From Setoptus koraiensis (Eukaryota; Animalia; Arthropoda): DNA of 64,000 nt. Shown one piece after another: positions 14,144 to 25,708 of the stretch. Position 1 is the first letter of the stretch. Each line of letters begins with the position of its first letter. The stretch lies in contig CM106586.1 of assembly GCA_048013815.1 (NCBI GenBank), positions 24,242,001 to 24,306,000 of the forward strand, read 5' to 3'. Below the pieces are notes generated by a model that was not told the origin of the DNA, made no database searches, and saw only the letters and a program-made list of their open reading frames with translations. The translations under genes were made by a program, and so were the position numbers.

Positions 14144-15519
14144 CCGCAGCCAAGCATGTAACTTTTATCTATGCCACCTTATCTTGTATCTCTTTGTAAG
14201 GAATTATCATTACCATTGTGATTACAATTGTATTGCTTGTGCTGACACACGGCCATCACATCACCTCTACTGCTAAGCGCTTTAAGAACCTTTGATCAGC
14301 GATACCATCTTATTATCGCAACACTATGATAATGATTATACCATCGGTCGCGATACTAGTGATAGTTTGGCATTATGATTTCCAGTTCTCTCTATCCAAC
14401 AGTAAACATTATTATTCTTTGAATATTATTCAACAACATATTGTTGTTGTGTAACATGTAGATCTTGGTATTGATGAATTTACAATAGCTGTTTGATTGG
14501 CAAGTACACAATCTCATTCTTGTAGATCATCTAGATTACATATGAGTTGTGCGTCTAAATGTTAATGTATACATAGATAAGATCAACAAGAGATGACACG
14601 AGATGGAATCAAATGATAAAAGTTTTAGAATTCTACCAGCACTTTTGAGGCATGATACATCTGTTAAGTAACCAAAAGTGCAGAGGTCATGCCACAAACA
14701 CAAGCTTGTTTGTGCCGGCATTGTTGTTTGATCATATTGAAATGTTACACTAAGAAGAAGAAAAGAAAAAGTTAAATAATAAGATTATTTGAATTATCCA
14801 TCTGCATACGCCGCTTGTCACACTGGCCATTGAAGGATTCTTTCATAAGTTGTCAGAGAAATTCTCAGAAATAATCCCGAAATCGTGTCATGATCTTGCA
14901 CCAGGGGTCGCCCCTTCAAAAGAAATACACTACAAACATTAATGTCTTCAAATATTACAACATGTGATGTTAATTAGGATATTCTTTAATGGATCATACT
15001 ACGTGTCTGAATCCCAATTTTGTACGTGTTAATGCCAGAACCATATCACAAAGTGTCCAACTCTCACGTCGGAGACTAGGATGACCGGCATTGAGGTTTG
15101 GTGCTCTCTGGAGATCATTGAGCCTCTCGCTCTTTAGGAGACTATTGAGTGACCTCACATTTGTATTATGTCATTCAATTATTATATTTTAGTGTATATT
15201 GTAAGCTCATTTGATCATACGACTGTGACCCAACCACCGTTGGTTTGGCTTTCTGAGACATTCGTTGAGGCAACCTCGGTACAAACGCTCTGTGCATGTA
15301 TCATTCCTTACAATACTTCCACTGTATAAACGAATTTCGAAAAATCCGTTCAAATTTGGCGCCTCTAAAATGGGCAGAAAGCTGACAGTTTCACTTGGAA
15401 AATAAAAATACACCCACTTGAGAGCGTTATCCGAACAACAGTTGTTAATAATGTAACAATTTACAATCTCTAAAACTTCTCAGTATATTTATTATTAGAT
15501 GTGTTAATTTAACAAGTGA

Positions 15520-16945
<1,426 letters not shown>

Positions 16946-17151
16946 ATAGATAAAGAATCAACTGGAATATTAGATCATTTTTATTTATGTCGGGCTTACA
17001 ATATCCATAATATATACAAAAATAACCCTGAGTTCTAATTTAACACCAATGTAAAGAACATGAATGAAGATGCACACAAGCAAACAAATTTTTTCATTTG
17101 ATATTGAGATTGTTTTACTTTTGTGGTACATTCATCAAGGTTGACCTTGCT

Positions 17152-17514
17152 CTATCCGCCGTGGAGTGTCGATATAAATAAGACATTATCATTTGGTTGT
17201 AATTGATATTCGTGACCTCCTAATATTTCATAATCTACATCATTAACAAGTATCAAAATGCCTGGTCTAATATTGTCTCCTGACACAAACAATTCAGGCC
17301 TTTCTTTAATGTGATGGTCCAGTAAATGTTGAATCAGGCCCTTTATTGTACAATTATTTGCTGCTAGGTCTAAATTCAGTGTCTTGAGATTATTGAATAA
17401 TAATTCGGTACCGCCACCAAACTCCACTCTGACTTTAAGACCTTCCCTTTTGCAACAATCCTCGAGAGCTGGCGCGTGACCATCGACATGCTTCTGACTA
17501 ATACCACTGGCCAT
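17152..17514 (-). CDS. URM1: Ubiquitin-related modifier 1 (Urm1) with a ~24-aa foreign N-terminal extension; intronless, 120 aa
   Basis: Contains VEFGGGTELLF, RPELFV, IRPGILILVNDVDYE and the C-terminal LFISTLHGG, all Urm1 hallmarks. The N-terminal MASGISQKHVDGHAPALE is not Urm1-like and matches the neighbouring gene at 18552. Confidence 0.95.
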   Translation of the reverse strand: MASGISQKHVDGHAPALEDCCKREGLKVRVEFGGGTELLFNNLKTLNLDLAANNCTIKGLIQHLLDHHIKERPELFVSGDNIRPGILILVNDVDYEILGGHEYQLQPNDNVLFISTLHGG

Positions 17515-17702
17515 CGTTTTTATTACAGTCTATTATTTTTGTTTAGTATTTAGTTAGATAGCTGGTTCTCATTAGGTTAGTTGCTTGTTGAATTATCTTG
17601 GGGTTGGCATGTGGTTGTGTTGATAAATGATTTGGTTCCCCCTAGTGCGTAGAACTGAGCGCCAAATTTGATTGTAAAAACTCTCGGAGAATTTAGTGAT
17701 CG
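17461..17702 (-). repeat. Diverged inverted duplicate of 18348-18605 (core promoter, 5'UTR and first 18 codons of the C11orf54-like gene)
   Basis: The reverse complement of 17461-17633 aligns along its length with 18428-18605 (aaatcatttatcaacacaacca...caaga[t/c]aattcaacaag[c/a]aactaaccta...atggccag). The coding part matches at 44/54 nt. An exact 12-mer, cgatcactaaat, recurs at 17691-17702(-) and 18348-18359(+). Confidence 0.92.
17653..17658 (-). promoter_or_regulatory. Candidate arthropod Initiator (TCAGTT) for URM1
   Basis: TCAGT-type Inr at the position equivalent to TCAGTC at 18405-18410 in the parental copy (25 vs 23 nt upstream of the shared aaatcattt block). Confidence 0.45.
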
Positions 17703-17758
17703 GGGGAGGTATGTCTCCCCCTCGCACCTCCCTGTCCATAAGTGGGAGCTGGGCATGA

Positions 17759-17974
17759 ATTGAGATCTGGAGGTGGAGAGCCATCTTCAATTGATGCCAA
17801 CCCATGGTTTTCAACACCAGAATCATCAGAGGGTGAGCTTGTAGAAAATTTTGATGACAACGAAGAAGAAGGTGAGGTATTTTTGTGTTTTACATCATCG
17901 TGCGTTGCTATAGCTGTCTCGATCAAATCTACAAACAATTTAGCTCGCACATCTTTTTGCAACTTCCGCTCCTC
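17759..17974 (-). repeat. 216-bp near-identical inverted copy of 21101-21316 (internal fragment of the 1226-aa ORF)
   Basis: By eye, 215/216 nt are identical (gaggagcg[g/a]aagttgcaaaaagatg...ccagatctcaat). The peptide QKDVRAKLF...PPPDLN appears in both ORFs 17693-17962(-) and 20399-24079(+). Confidence 0.95.
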
Positions 17975-18231
17975 TCCGGAGACACCATGTTATGTGCGCT
18001 AAAAAATACGAGCCATTAAGATTAAATAATTTTTCTAATTACATCATCACCTGTCGTGAGCATTGTTCAAAACACGCGCCACATGTTGTTACCTAACAAG
18101 TTTGTACAGACAACATAAAAAATTATTTACAACTGTTTAAATATCAAATAAAATACATACTTTATCTACAGTATATTGCTAAATACAGTCCAACTGGCGA
18201 GACATTTGGTGATGTCGCCATGATAAATTTA

Positions 18232-18295
18232 TTACAATGCGACATGCTGGCACGATATTACGATGCGACATGCTGACACGATGTTACGATGCGAC
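18232..18295. repeat. 26-bp tandem repeat, ~2.5 copies, in the divergent URM1/C11orf54 promoter
   Basis: ttacaatgcgacatgctggcacgata / ttacgatgcgacatgctgacacgatg / ttacgatgcgac. Confidence 0.85.
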
Positions 18296-18404
18296 GCCTT
18301 AACGTCACGCCACAGTACAATAATCTGCGTCTAGAATTTTCATCAACGATCACTAAATAGATATATTACTCGTCGTAATTTACTGTTGCGAAGCAATAAA
18401 ACAA

Positions 18405-18410
18405 TCAGTC
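18405..18410 (+). promoter_or_regulatory. Candidate Initiator (TCAGTC) for the C11orf54-like gene
   Basis: TCAGT motif ~145 nt upstream of the ATG at 18552, at the start of the block duplicated to URM1. Confidence 0.45.
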
Positions 18411-18551
18411 TAGTTTTCATCTCGATCAAATCATTTATCAACACAACCATATGCGAACCTCAAGACAATTCAACAAGAAACTAACCTACTGTAATAAGAA
18501 CCAACTATCTTACTGAATACTGATCAATAATAAAAGATTGTAATAAGAACA

Positions 18552-19514
18552 ATGGCCAGCGGTTTGAGTCAAAAGTATTTCGATAGTCACACGCCAGCTT
18601 TCGAAGAGCTTGTCGAGGTATTAGGTAGCGGCCTGAAAAAATACTTCGCCGAAGTTCAAGTGAGCTTAGTAGACAGTCCAGACTTTACGCAAAAGCCATT
18701 TTGTAGTGCAATCAAAGGTTTGAACGGCAAGCCACGCATTGCGGATGTTGGCGGCGTGCACAATCTGATACCAAGAGTCAATCTGGAATCAAAGTTCTCA
18801 TTGAACGAAGTTTGCAAAGCCACGCACTCCCAGAATGAGTTACCAGTTTCAATTTTTGGGCCAGGAGCTGGACCTTTCGATCAACTGGGCTTCAACAGCG
18901 AATTGATGGCAAGTGCCAAATGCGAAGACGGTGATCACATCAATTGTTTGTGTCGTTTCGCTTATGTCGATGAACAAGGCAACAGTCAATATAGAGAATT
19001 GGACGGGCCCAAGTTTGGTCTAATGGGCAACTTTTTCATTTCTCAAGATCTACCAGGGAAGGTTCTGAGGATTTTGGTGAAAAAACGTATTGACAAGTTG
19101 AATTATACTGACTCTATAAGAGCGGTACTATTGGAAAAATATGGTGATAAACCAGTTAGCATGGGAGGTATCTTTTTGATTAATTCTGGAACAGCCAATT
19201 TTCACGTTATGCCCAAGTGTTGGCCTGAGGAGCCATCAACCAATGAGAGTGTCAATAATCATTGGCTGAAATATTATCTATTCGATAAGAATCCGCCCAT
19301 GGTTTGTTTGTCGGTGATCCATAGTTACGATCCTGGTTATGGCCTGCGAATGGAGCATACTCATTGCTATAATCCGAAGACAGAAACAGACGCCGGCCAC
19401 TATCATTACGACACTACACCTGATACTATTGAATATGAGGGTTACTTCAATGTAGCCGAACAAGTTCATAGATTGGGTGGTCCAAATGACGCAGATGCCA
19501 AGAATACATTCTAG
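18552..19514 (+). CDS. C11orf54/PTD012-like (DUF1907) zinc-binding hydrolase family protein; intronless, 320 aa
   Basis: Motifs HTPAFEELVEVL..GLK.YFAEVQVS.VDSPD, IADVGG, GPGAGP, PVSMGGIF, MEHTHCY and GHYHYDTTP are characteristic of DUF1907 (HxH...H zinc site). Confidence 0.93.
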   Translation: MASGLSQKYFDSHTPAFEELVEVLGSGLKKYFAEVQVSLVDSPDFTQKPFCSAIKGLNGKPRIADVGGVHNLIPRVNLESKFSLNEVCKATHSQNELPVSIFGPGAGPFDQLGFNSELMASAKCEDGDHINCLCRFAYVDEQGNSQYRELDGPKFGLMGNFFISQDLPGKVLRILVKKRIDKLNYTDSIRAVLLEKYGDKPVSMGGIFLINSGTANFHVMPKCWPEEPSTNESVNNHWLKYYLFDKNPPMVCLSVIHSYDPGYGLRMEHTHCYNPKTETDAGHYHYDTTPDTIEYEGYFNVAEQVHRLGGPNDADAKNTF

Positions 19515-20398
19515 ATGTTGATTGATATTGGTCACTAAACCCTAATTGTGAGCAAAAAACACGAAAGATACCAGCAGTGCTGGCTTGCAGGCAAACATAC
19601 AAACAAATAGACCAAGAAGTTAATACATTCTGTGCCCTTACCATTTTAAAGAACATAACATGTATAATCATAAAAAGCAAAGATGAAAATGAAAAAAGTG
19701 AAAATACTCACTTTACAAACTTGGCTCGGTTGTCTATTCTTTAGCCTTCTGCTGTCTTTCTCTGCGAACTTTACTCTCGAAAGCACCTCCAATCCAATGA
19801 TAGCTCCTTACATCTTTTCCAGTCATTGACATCTCTTCTCTTGCTTGAGTCGGCTTGAGTGACAACACAGATAATTTTAAATAGTCATAGATGATGAACA
19901 CTATGGGCATAGATCATTATTAGTTTACTCAAGCAGCAAGAGTTGTTTTATATTGAAACACGACAATAGAATGGAAAAACATGTCGGGACTGATCTTATT
20001 TGTATACCATGAGCGAACTAAATGGAACTTCTTTCACACTACAATGCGAGATCATTAACTCAAACCACAATATAGCAAGATAATTGTGAAATCGACTATG
20101 ATTAATATCAGACATTTCTCGCTCTCTCTCTCTCTCTCTCTCTGACCTATTTCTACTAGCAACAAGTACTCGCAATCAATTCTTCCATTATTGTTATTAT
20201 AGTCAAGATAGTTTGATGTGCACTTGTCAAATCCAAGTTGTCGACCAAATATTAATGTGCTAATAATTAATAATAATTAACAATATGCATCGCAACATTC
20301 ATTTGATTTTCTCAAAAGTTTTAATTAAATCAAATTGTTTGTGAATGATACAATAATCATTTTTTCATCAATTTTCAGCGAATATCTATTTATGAGAG

Positions 20399-23300
20399 AT
20401 GATGATTAATTTGAGAGCAAAATTCAAAAGTTATGAAGAAGCACTCAAGTTTATGTATGGTGGTTTACCGCTTGTCTCTATCAAAATATTTATGATCTAC
20501 CTAACTCTCTTGCCGCAAACAATAAATACATCTCAGGATCTGGCCTCAGCAATTACCTCAACATTGTCTTCTCCCCAGACAGTATCTGTTGATGGTTTAG
20601 ATGGCGAGGCAAGAGAATCAATTAAAAATCTATTGTCATCATTATCTTCACCGGAAGTTTTAGCAAACTTGGAACAAAACTTAGAAGAATCTAAATTATT
20701 TCAACAACAACCACAACAAAAGTCTGACGGATTATCTTTAGAGAGCATAATTGGCAATTACCTCTCGAATAACAATGTGGATGTTAACGAACTACTCAAG
20801 AAGCATCAATACAACTTGACAAATGGTTATGATACATTACCGTCGGCCTCAATCGCAAATTTATTTACTACTAAGAACGGAACAAACTTTCTCAGTGACC
20901 TCAACAGCACATTATCATCAAACAAAATTGGAGATTTTCTATTGACGCAATTGAATGGTTCGGGGGGTAAGCCATTAGATGGTTTACTGAATAGAGAGCA
21001 AGCCATCAAAGATACACTAACCAAAGTATTGAGTAAAAGTTTGAGCGAGGTAACTGATCATATGTCATTAGACACATTGACTAAATTGAAAAAGCAACAA
21101 GAGGAGCGAAAGTTGCAAAAAGATGTGCGAGCTAAATTGTTTGTAGATTTGATCGAGACAGCTATAGCAACGCACGATGATGTAAAACACAAAAATACCT
21201 CACCTTCTTCTTCGTTGTCATCAAAATTTTCTACAAGCTCACCCTCTGATGATTCTGGTGTTGAAAACCATGGGTTGGCATCAATTGAAGATGGCTCTCC
21301 ACCTCCAGATCTCAATCCAGTTCCACTCTTGAATTATGATTCATTGAACGAACCAGAAGAAGGAAATTCATCACACGATGAAGACATCACTAGTGGCGAT
21401 GGTGATTCAATAAGTAAACAGCAACAACAATCTAACAAAGATGAAAAGGCGAACAATGAGGACGCAGTCCTGAAGCAACAGATTGAAATACAGAATGACT
21501 CACAAATTAAAAGACAATTTAAAAAGTTCAAAGATCGTTTCGCTACGAGAAAGAGACAATTGGAACAAATCAAAAAGTTATTCAATATAGAAATGATATT
21601 AAATCCTCGAAGCTCAAAATCAAATTCAACCAGTTCAGTATCGAACAATTACAAAACTGATGGTAAATATGAGGCTCACGACTTGATTATCATAGACGGA
21701 GAGACTGGCAAGACGAAAGAAGTATCAACTGGCTCACTCAAGAATAATAGCAAGCAACGAAAAATAGATAGAGAAACTAACAGAAATAGTAAGAAGGATC
21801 TCGCTGTTATCAAGTCTGTTAAGGACTCGCAAGATGATGATGCTTACAAGAGATTTCGAACGAAATTCAACGACTATGAGGATTATCAAAAATACTTAAG
21901 AGAGAATCCCGAGTTTCTCAGCGATGGGCTCTCAGAGGACTTATCGTCCAATGACGAAGAATCCACAAGAAATCTCGATGATATTTCAGATCATCAAGAT
22001 TCAGACGATTCAGACGAAAATTTCACTAATCGTGCCTCTGATAGCTATGCAATGAACAAGTATAGAGGCATGACACAATTATCTGAATTAGAGAGAGAGG
22101 ACTCAATGAACGGTGTCGTTCCTTCCAGTTTGAGAGGTTACAGACAGTTATTGGCAAAAGGTGTTAATTCAGAAAATCTAAATGACGTATTAGATCCCGA
22201 ATCACAGTCAAGGTCCGCGGACATGACCGACAAAAATCGAAGGGCCTTGCTGTGGCAGCTTTATGAAGATGATAATAATAGTATTAGGAAGCTTATTGAT
22301 GAAAGTCATCCGAGCCCAGCATTGGATTCATCTAGTGGAGATAGACATATTACGAGAGCTCAATTGGAGCAAATGATTATTCGGCAATCATTAGCAACTA
22401 ATCATGATAATTCAACCAGTTTGGATTCAGTCTTGAGACAACAATTATTGAATTCAACCAGTGGAAGTAATAGTGTTAGCAACAATAAGCGATCATCATT
22501 GCTTCTCGATGGCCACCAAAACATTGATAAATTTATAGCAACTCTCGTTGATCGTCATGATAAGGGTAAAACAACGAAAAATAAAACATTAATAGAGATA
22601 CTGTCGAACCTTTCTAACAATGAAAGGTCACTTTCTCAACCAAGCTTACTACAACCAATCAATAATCACTTTCACGACATAGATGCTGACCGATCCTATG
22701 TCAATAGGTACGGTTCAGATATCCATCCAAATACAGAACAAAACATTGTTAATAGCCATGTGGTTGGATCGAAAATTCCCAACAACACATATTTGGGCAA
22801 TCACAACATGTACAATACTCACCAAAAAGCGATAATCATGCAATCCAATCAGCCAAATCACCAACGCTATCAACTAATGCAAACTTCACCTCTGACAAGC
22901 GGCTCCCCTAATCCGCAACAACAGCATCAGTATCACAATAAATATCACCATGGAATTAATAGTGGTCCTTACAGTGCCAATAATAGGCAAGATCATGGTC
23001 AGGAATTCTCGTCGTCTTCTGTTAATCAGAATATTTCACCACCAAGCCAAACAAACAAGCCAACAGTTGTGTATGGCAGTAATAATCCGCAACAATCAGC
23101 ACCTACTTTAGATCGATTTCAAGCATGGAGCGATGTGAGCCATACTGAGGCCAGCTCATCGGATAAAAAATTGGGCGTTAGCAACATTAGCGTAGCTAGC
23201 GACACCACAATCAATTATACATCAAACTTATCACCGCCATACGCTATCAACAATAACAATAATCAGGGTAATCGATCAATATCAAATGTTGTCTTCACAT

Positions 23301-24079
23301 CAACTTATCCATTACCAACGGCAATGTCCAACACCATAAACAATAACGCTTTATTGCGTCAGAATCCAACAAACAACAACAACAATAACAACAGCAACAA
23401 TAAGAGATTGCATAATACCTATAGTGCGGGTGCGGGTGCGTTTGATGGTCAATCGGTCAACAATCATCATAACACATTACGCCTACAATCGCCTACGTCT
23501 TTGAGCAAAAATAACCACAACAACAATAACAATAATACAATTTCAAGGTCACCTCTTTCACCAACGATGAATCCATCCACAAAGAATACATCGTTTCTGT
23601 ATCCCAGTGACATTGTTACCTCATTCCCAGGTAAAAATTCTAACAACGACAAAAAGAGAGGAGCAAAATTTGCTCAAAAGCACCCTATATCAAAAAATGA
23701 TTTCCCTCATAACGGCTCCACGAATGATGAAGATTCTTATGGAACTAACAACAATGACGACACTGACAATTCGGACTATGACAACAACGACAATGATGCA
23801 ACGCAAACAGATAATAAGAAGTTTCACAAGCAAGGGGTTGGTAATGATGGATCTATGAAAAAATTCAAGTATTCAGCGTCCAAAATATCAACAAAACATG
23901 TACCGTTTTATGGTGATTCCTTAACGATAATGGGTGGCAGTAGACCTGTGAAGAGTGTGGAACGCGATTACTTTAGTAACTACAAAAAAGTGGATAGAGG
24001 TAAAGTAAGCAAACCGCACTCATTTCACAACAAATCACAAGAACAGTCGACTCAATTACCAAAAACTAAACGCCATTGA
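20399..24079 (+). CDS. Uncharacterised 1226-aa low-complexity (N/S/Q/D-rich) protein, no recognised domain
   Basis: 3.7-kb uninterrupted ORF in AT-rich DNA. The true start is uncertain (ATGs at 20399, 20402 and 20453; possible splice acceptor ttttcag just upstream). Confidence 0.8.
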   Translation: MMINLRAKFKSYEEALKFMYGGLPLVSIKIFMIYLTLLPQTINTSQDLASAITSTLSSPQTVSVDGLDGEARESIKNLLSSLSSPEVLANLEQNLEESKLFQQQPQQKSDGLSLESIIGNYLSNNNVDVNELLKKHQYNLTNGYDTLPSASIANLFTTKNGTNFLSDLNSTLSSNKIGDFLLTQLNGSGGKPLDGLLNREQAIKDTLTKVLSKSLSEVTDHMSLDTLTKLKKQQEERKLQKDVRAKLFVDLIETAIATHDDVKHKNTSPSSSLSSKFSTSSPSDDSGVENHGLASIEDGSPPPDLNPVPLLNYDSLNEPEEGNSSHDEDITSGDGDSISKQQQQSNKDEKANNEDAVLKQQIEIQNDSQIKRQFKKFKDRFATRKRQLEQIKKLFNIEMILNPRSSKSNSTSSVSNNYKTDGKYEAHDLIIIDGETGKTKEVSTGSLKNNSKQRKIDRETNRNSKKDLAVIKSVKDSQDDDAYKRFRTKFNDYEDYQKYLRENPEFLSDGLSEDLSSNDEESTRNLDDISDHQDSDDSDENFTNRASDSYAMNKYRGMTQLSELEREDSMNGVVPSSLRGYRQLLAKGVNSENLNDVLDPESQSRSADMTDKNRRALLWQLYEDDNNSIRKLIDESHPSPALDSSSGDRHITRAQLEQMIIRQSLATNHDNSTSLDSVLRQQLLNSTSGSNSVSNNKRSSLLLDGHQNIDKFIATLVDRHDKGKTTKNKTLIEILSNLSNNERSLSQPSLLQPINNHFHDIDADRSYVNRYGSDIHPNTEQNIVNSHVVGSKIPNNTYLGNHNMYNTHQKAIIMQSNQPNHQRYQLMQTSPLTSGSPNPQQQHQYHNKYHHGINSGPYSANNRQDHGQEFSSSSVNQNISPPSQTNKPTVVYGSNNPQQSAPTLDRFQAWSDVSHTEASSSDKKLGVSNISVASDTTINYTSNLSPPYAINNNNNQGNRSISNVVFTSTYPLPTAMSNTINNNALLRQNPTNNNNNNNSNNKRLHNTYSAGAGAFDGQSVNNHHNTLRLQSPTSLSKNNHNNNNNNTISRSPLSPTMNPSTKNTSFLYPSDIVTSFPGKNSNNDKKRGAKFAQKHPISKNDFPHNGSTNDEDSYGTNNNDDTDNSDYDNNDNDATQTDNKKFHKQGVGNDGSMKKFKYSASKISTKHVPFYGDSLTIMGGSRPVKSVERDYFSNYKKVDRGKVSKPHSFHNKSQEQSTQLPKTKRH

Positions 24080-24745
24080 AAGATTTATTATTATTAAATG
24101 TAGACTAAATTCATGCTCAGCGATTAGATTGGTGAAGTCTCTTTATAACTGTTCGACTATGTAACTTTCCGGTGTAATACTCGATTGTAGTCTAGTTCAA
24201 CTATTGATCGAATATTTAATAATGTATGATGGATCTCGCCAATATGATATCCGCACCTTGTTGTCATATCGTCGGGAATACCTAAAAAAATTCGTTATCA
24301 CAGAGTGTGTAGAATCCGTAATTGGGACGCTGTTGTCACTGGCATGAATACATTATTATCAATTACTCCGAAGAAAATGCAATGCAATATTTCACAGAGC
24401 ATGTTATTATCATCATTATTAATTGATTGCCAGTTTCTTTTTCAAGGAATTCGATAGTAGTATAGTAAGTGATATAAAGTGTGAGTAGAGATGTTTAGCT
24501 GGTGCGATTTGTAAATTTCGTTGATTGATGTTTACGTTCGCTCAAATAGATCAGTTGCCTACTGGTAAAATAAGAAACTGTTGTTGTTACTTTTATAAAT
24601 TTGTTTGTATATCTAATCTTGTAATCACAATACATCATAATCTAGGACATGCTGACTAAATGTGCTTCATTATTAGAGAGCATAACGTTTTAGATCAAGT
24701 TTTATCCATGAGGCGGCATCATCATGCTTACTGCAAAAGTTTCCT

Positions 24746-25708
24746 TCATGTAAATAGACTATGATATATCAGGTATAGAAATAAAAAGCATGATGAAGCT
24801 ATGGCCGTATAAAAAAAGATCTTACAATTCTTATTTGATTTTTTTCGTTGACGACGCTTCGCTAACTCGGCTGGGGACAATTTCTTTCTGAGCTTTAATT
24901 TTGATCTTTTTTTCTCGCCATTCTCTTCATCATCTTGGCTGTCGCTGCTCGATCGCATAGGCGTTGTTGCCACTGGTATTGTAGTATCATTGTAGACATT
25001 AGTGTTATGATTGTTATGATAACACACAGTGGTTTTGGTGGGATCATAACTGTCGCTTGTGCCATGAATAATTACACTTGGAATTTCTATTATCTCCGTT
25101 TCTATATGTTCGCCTACTTCATAATGGTTGTTATTGTTATTAATACCATTAGTGTTGTTGTTGCCATCCCTATCAATTAATTTAGTTTCGAATAATTCAT
25201 CACGACCCTTCATTGGACTAATATCATCGGTGTTGATTGCGCAACAATTAAATTGATCCGAAGGCGTGCTAGCAGTGTTTAGGTCATCAATTGACTTCCT
25301 ATTTACATTTGGACTAATACCGACAATTTCCTTTGTAAAATTGTTGATGTGACCATTGCATAACTGAGTTGATTGTTGATCATCATCACTATGTCTCTCT
25401 GTATCTTTTATTGTTAATAGTCTATTATTTAATTGAGCATCTCCATTACTTAATGTTACTTTATCAATTGTGTTATATCCGTTATTTTTGCTATCATTGC
25501 TTGTATAAGAATTATTGCTGGTTTCATCAATCTTGTTATTGTCATAGTCAGATTGCACATCAATAATCATTCGTTCTTTTTCTTTTTCCTTTTCCTCTTG
25601 CAAAATGTTTGATCTACTGATGGATGAGGATATTGGTATGTAATTTTTGATGGCATTCTTAATGTAATGCGCTGAATGGCCATTAGATGTCGACAATGAT
25701 AGAGCCAT
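24746..25708 (-). CDS. Uncharacterised 320-aa protein with basic stretch and C-terminal transmembrane segment (tail-anchored-like)
   Basis: ATG-initiated 963-nt ORF ending KKRSKLKLRKKLSPAELAKRRQRKK...KIFFYTAIASSCFLFLYLIYHSLFT*. Confidence 0.7.
   Translation of the reverse strand: MALSLSTSNGHSAHYIKNAIKNYIPISSSISRSNILQEEKEKEKERMIIDVQSDYDNNKIDETSNNSYTSNDSKNNGYNTIDKVTLSNGDAQLNNRLLTIKDTERHSDDDQQSTQLCNGHINNFTKEIVGISPNVNRKSIDDLNTASTPSDQFNCCAINTDDISPMKGRDELFETKLIDRDGNNNTNGINNNNNHYEVGEHIETEIIEIPSVIIHGTSDSYDPTKTTVCYHNNHNTNVYNDTTIPVATTPMRSSSDSQDDEENGEKKRSKLKLRKKLSPAELAKRRQRKKSNKNCKIFFYTAIASSCFLFLYLIYHSLFT

Noticed and set aside
17634-17760. Helitron 3' end (hairpin plus CTAG) as the capture mechanism
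   Set aside because: The hairpin is ~55 nt from the CTAG rather than the usual ~10-15 nt, and I found no 5' TC end or other copy in the window.
17693-18002. ORFs 17693-17962(-) and 17742-18002(+) as independent genes
   Set aside because: Both are explained by the 216-bp inverted copy of 21101-21316. The minus ORF starts at a non-ATG codon, and the plus ORF is antisense to the donor coding sequence.
19734-19832. 32-aa minus-strand sORF (MSMTGKDVRSYHWIGGAFESKVRRERQQKAKE) followed by a GTGAGT donor
   Set aside because: Superficial resemblance to small mitochondrial assembly factors, but there is no TM segment or recognisable motif. It could be a non-coding exon.
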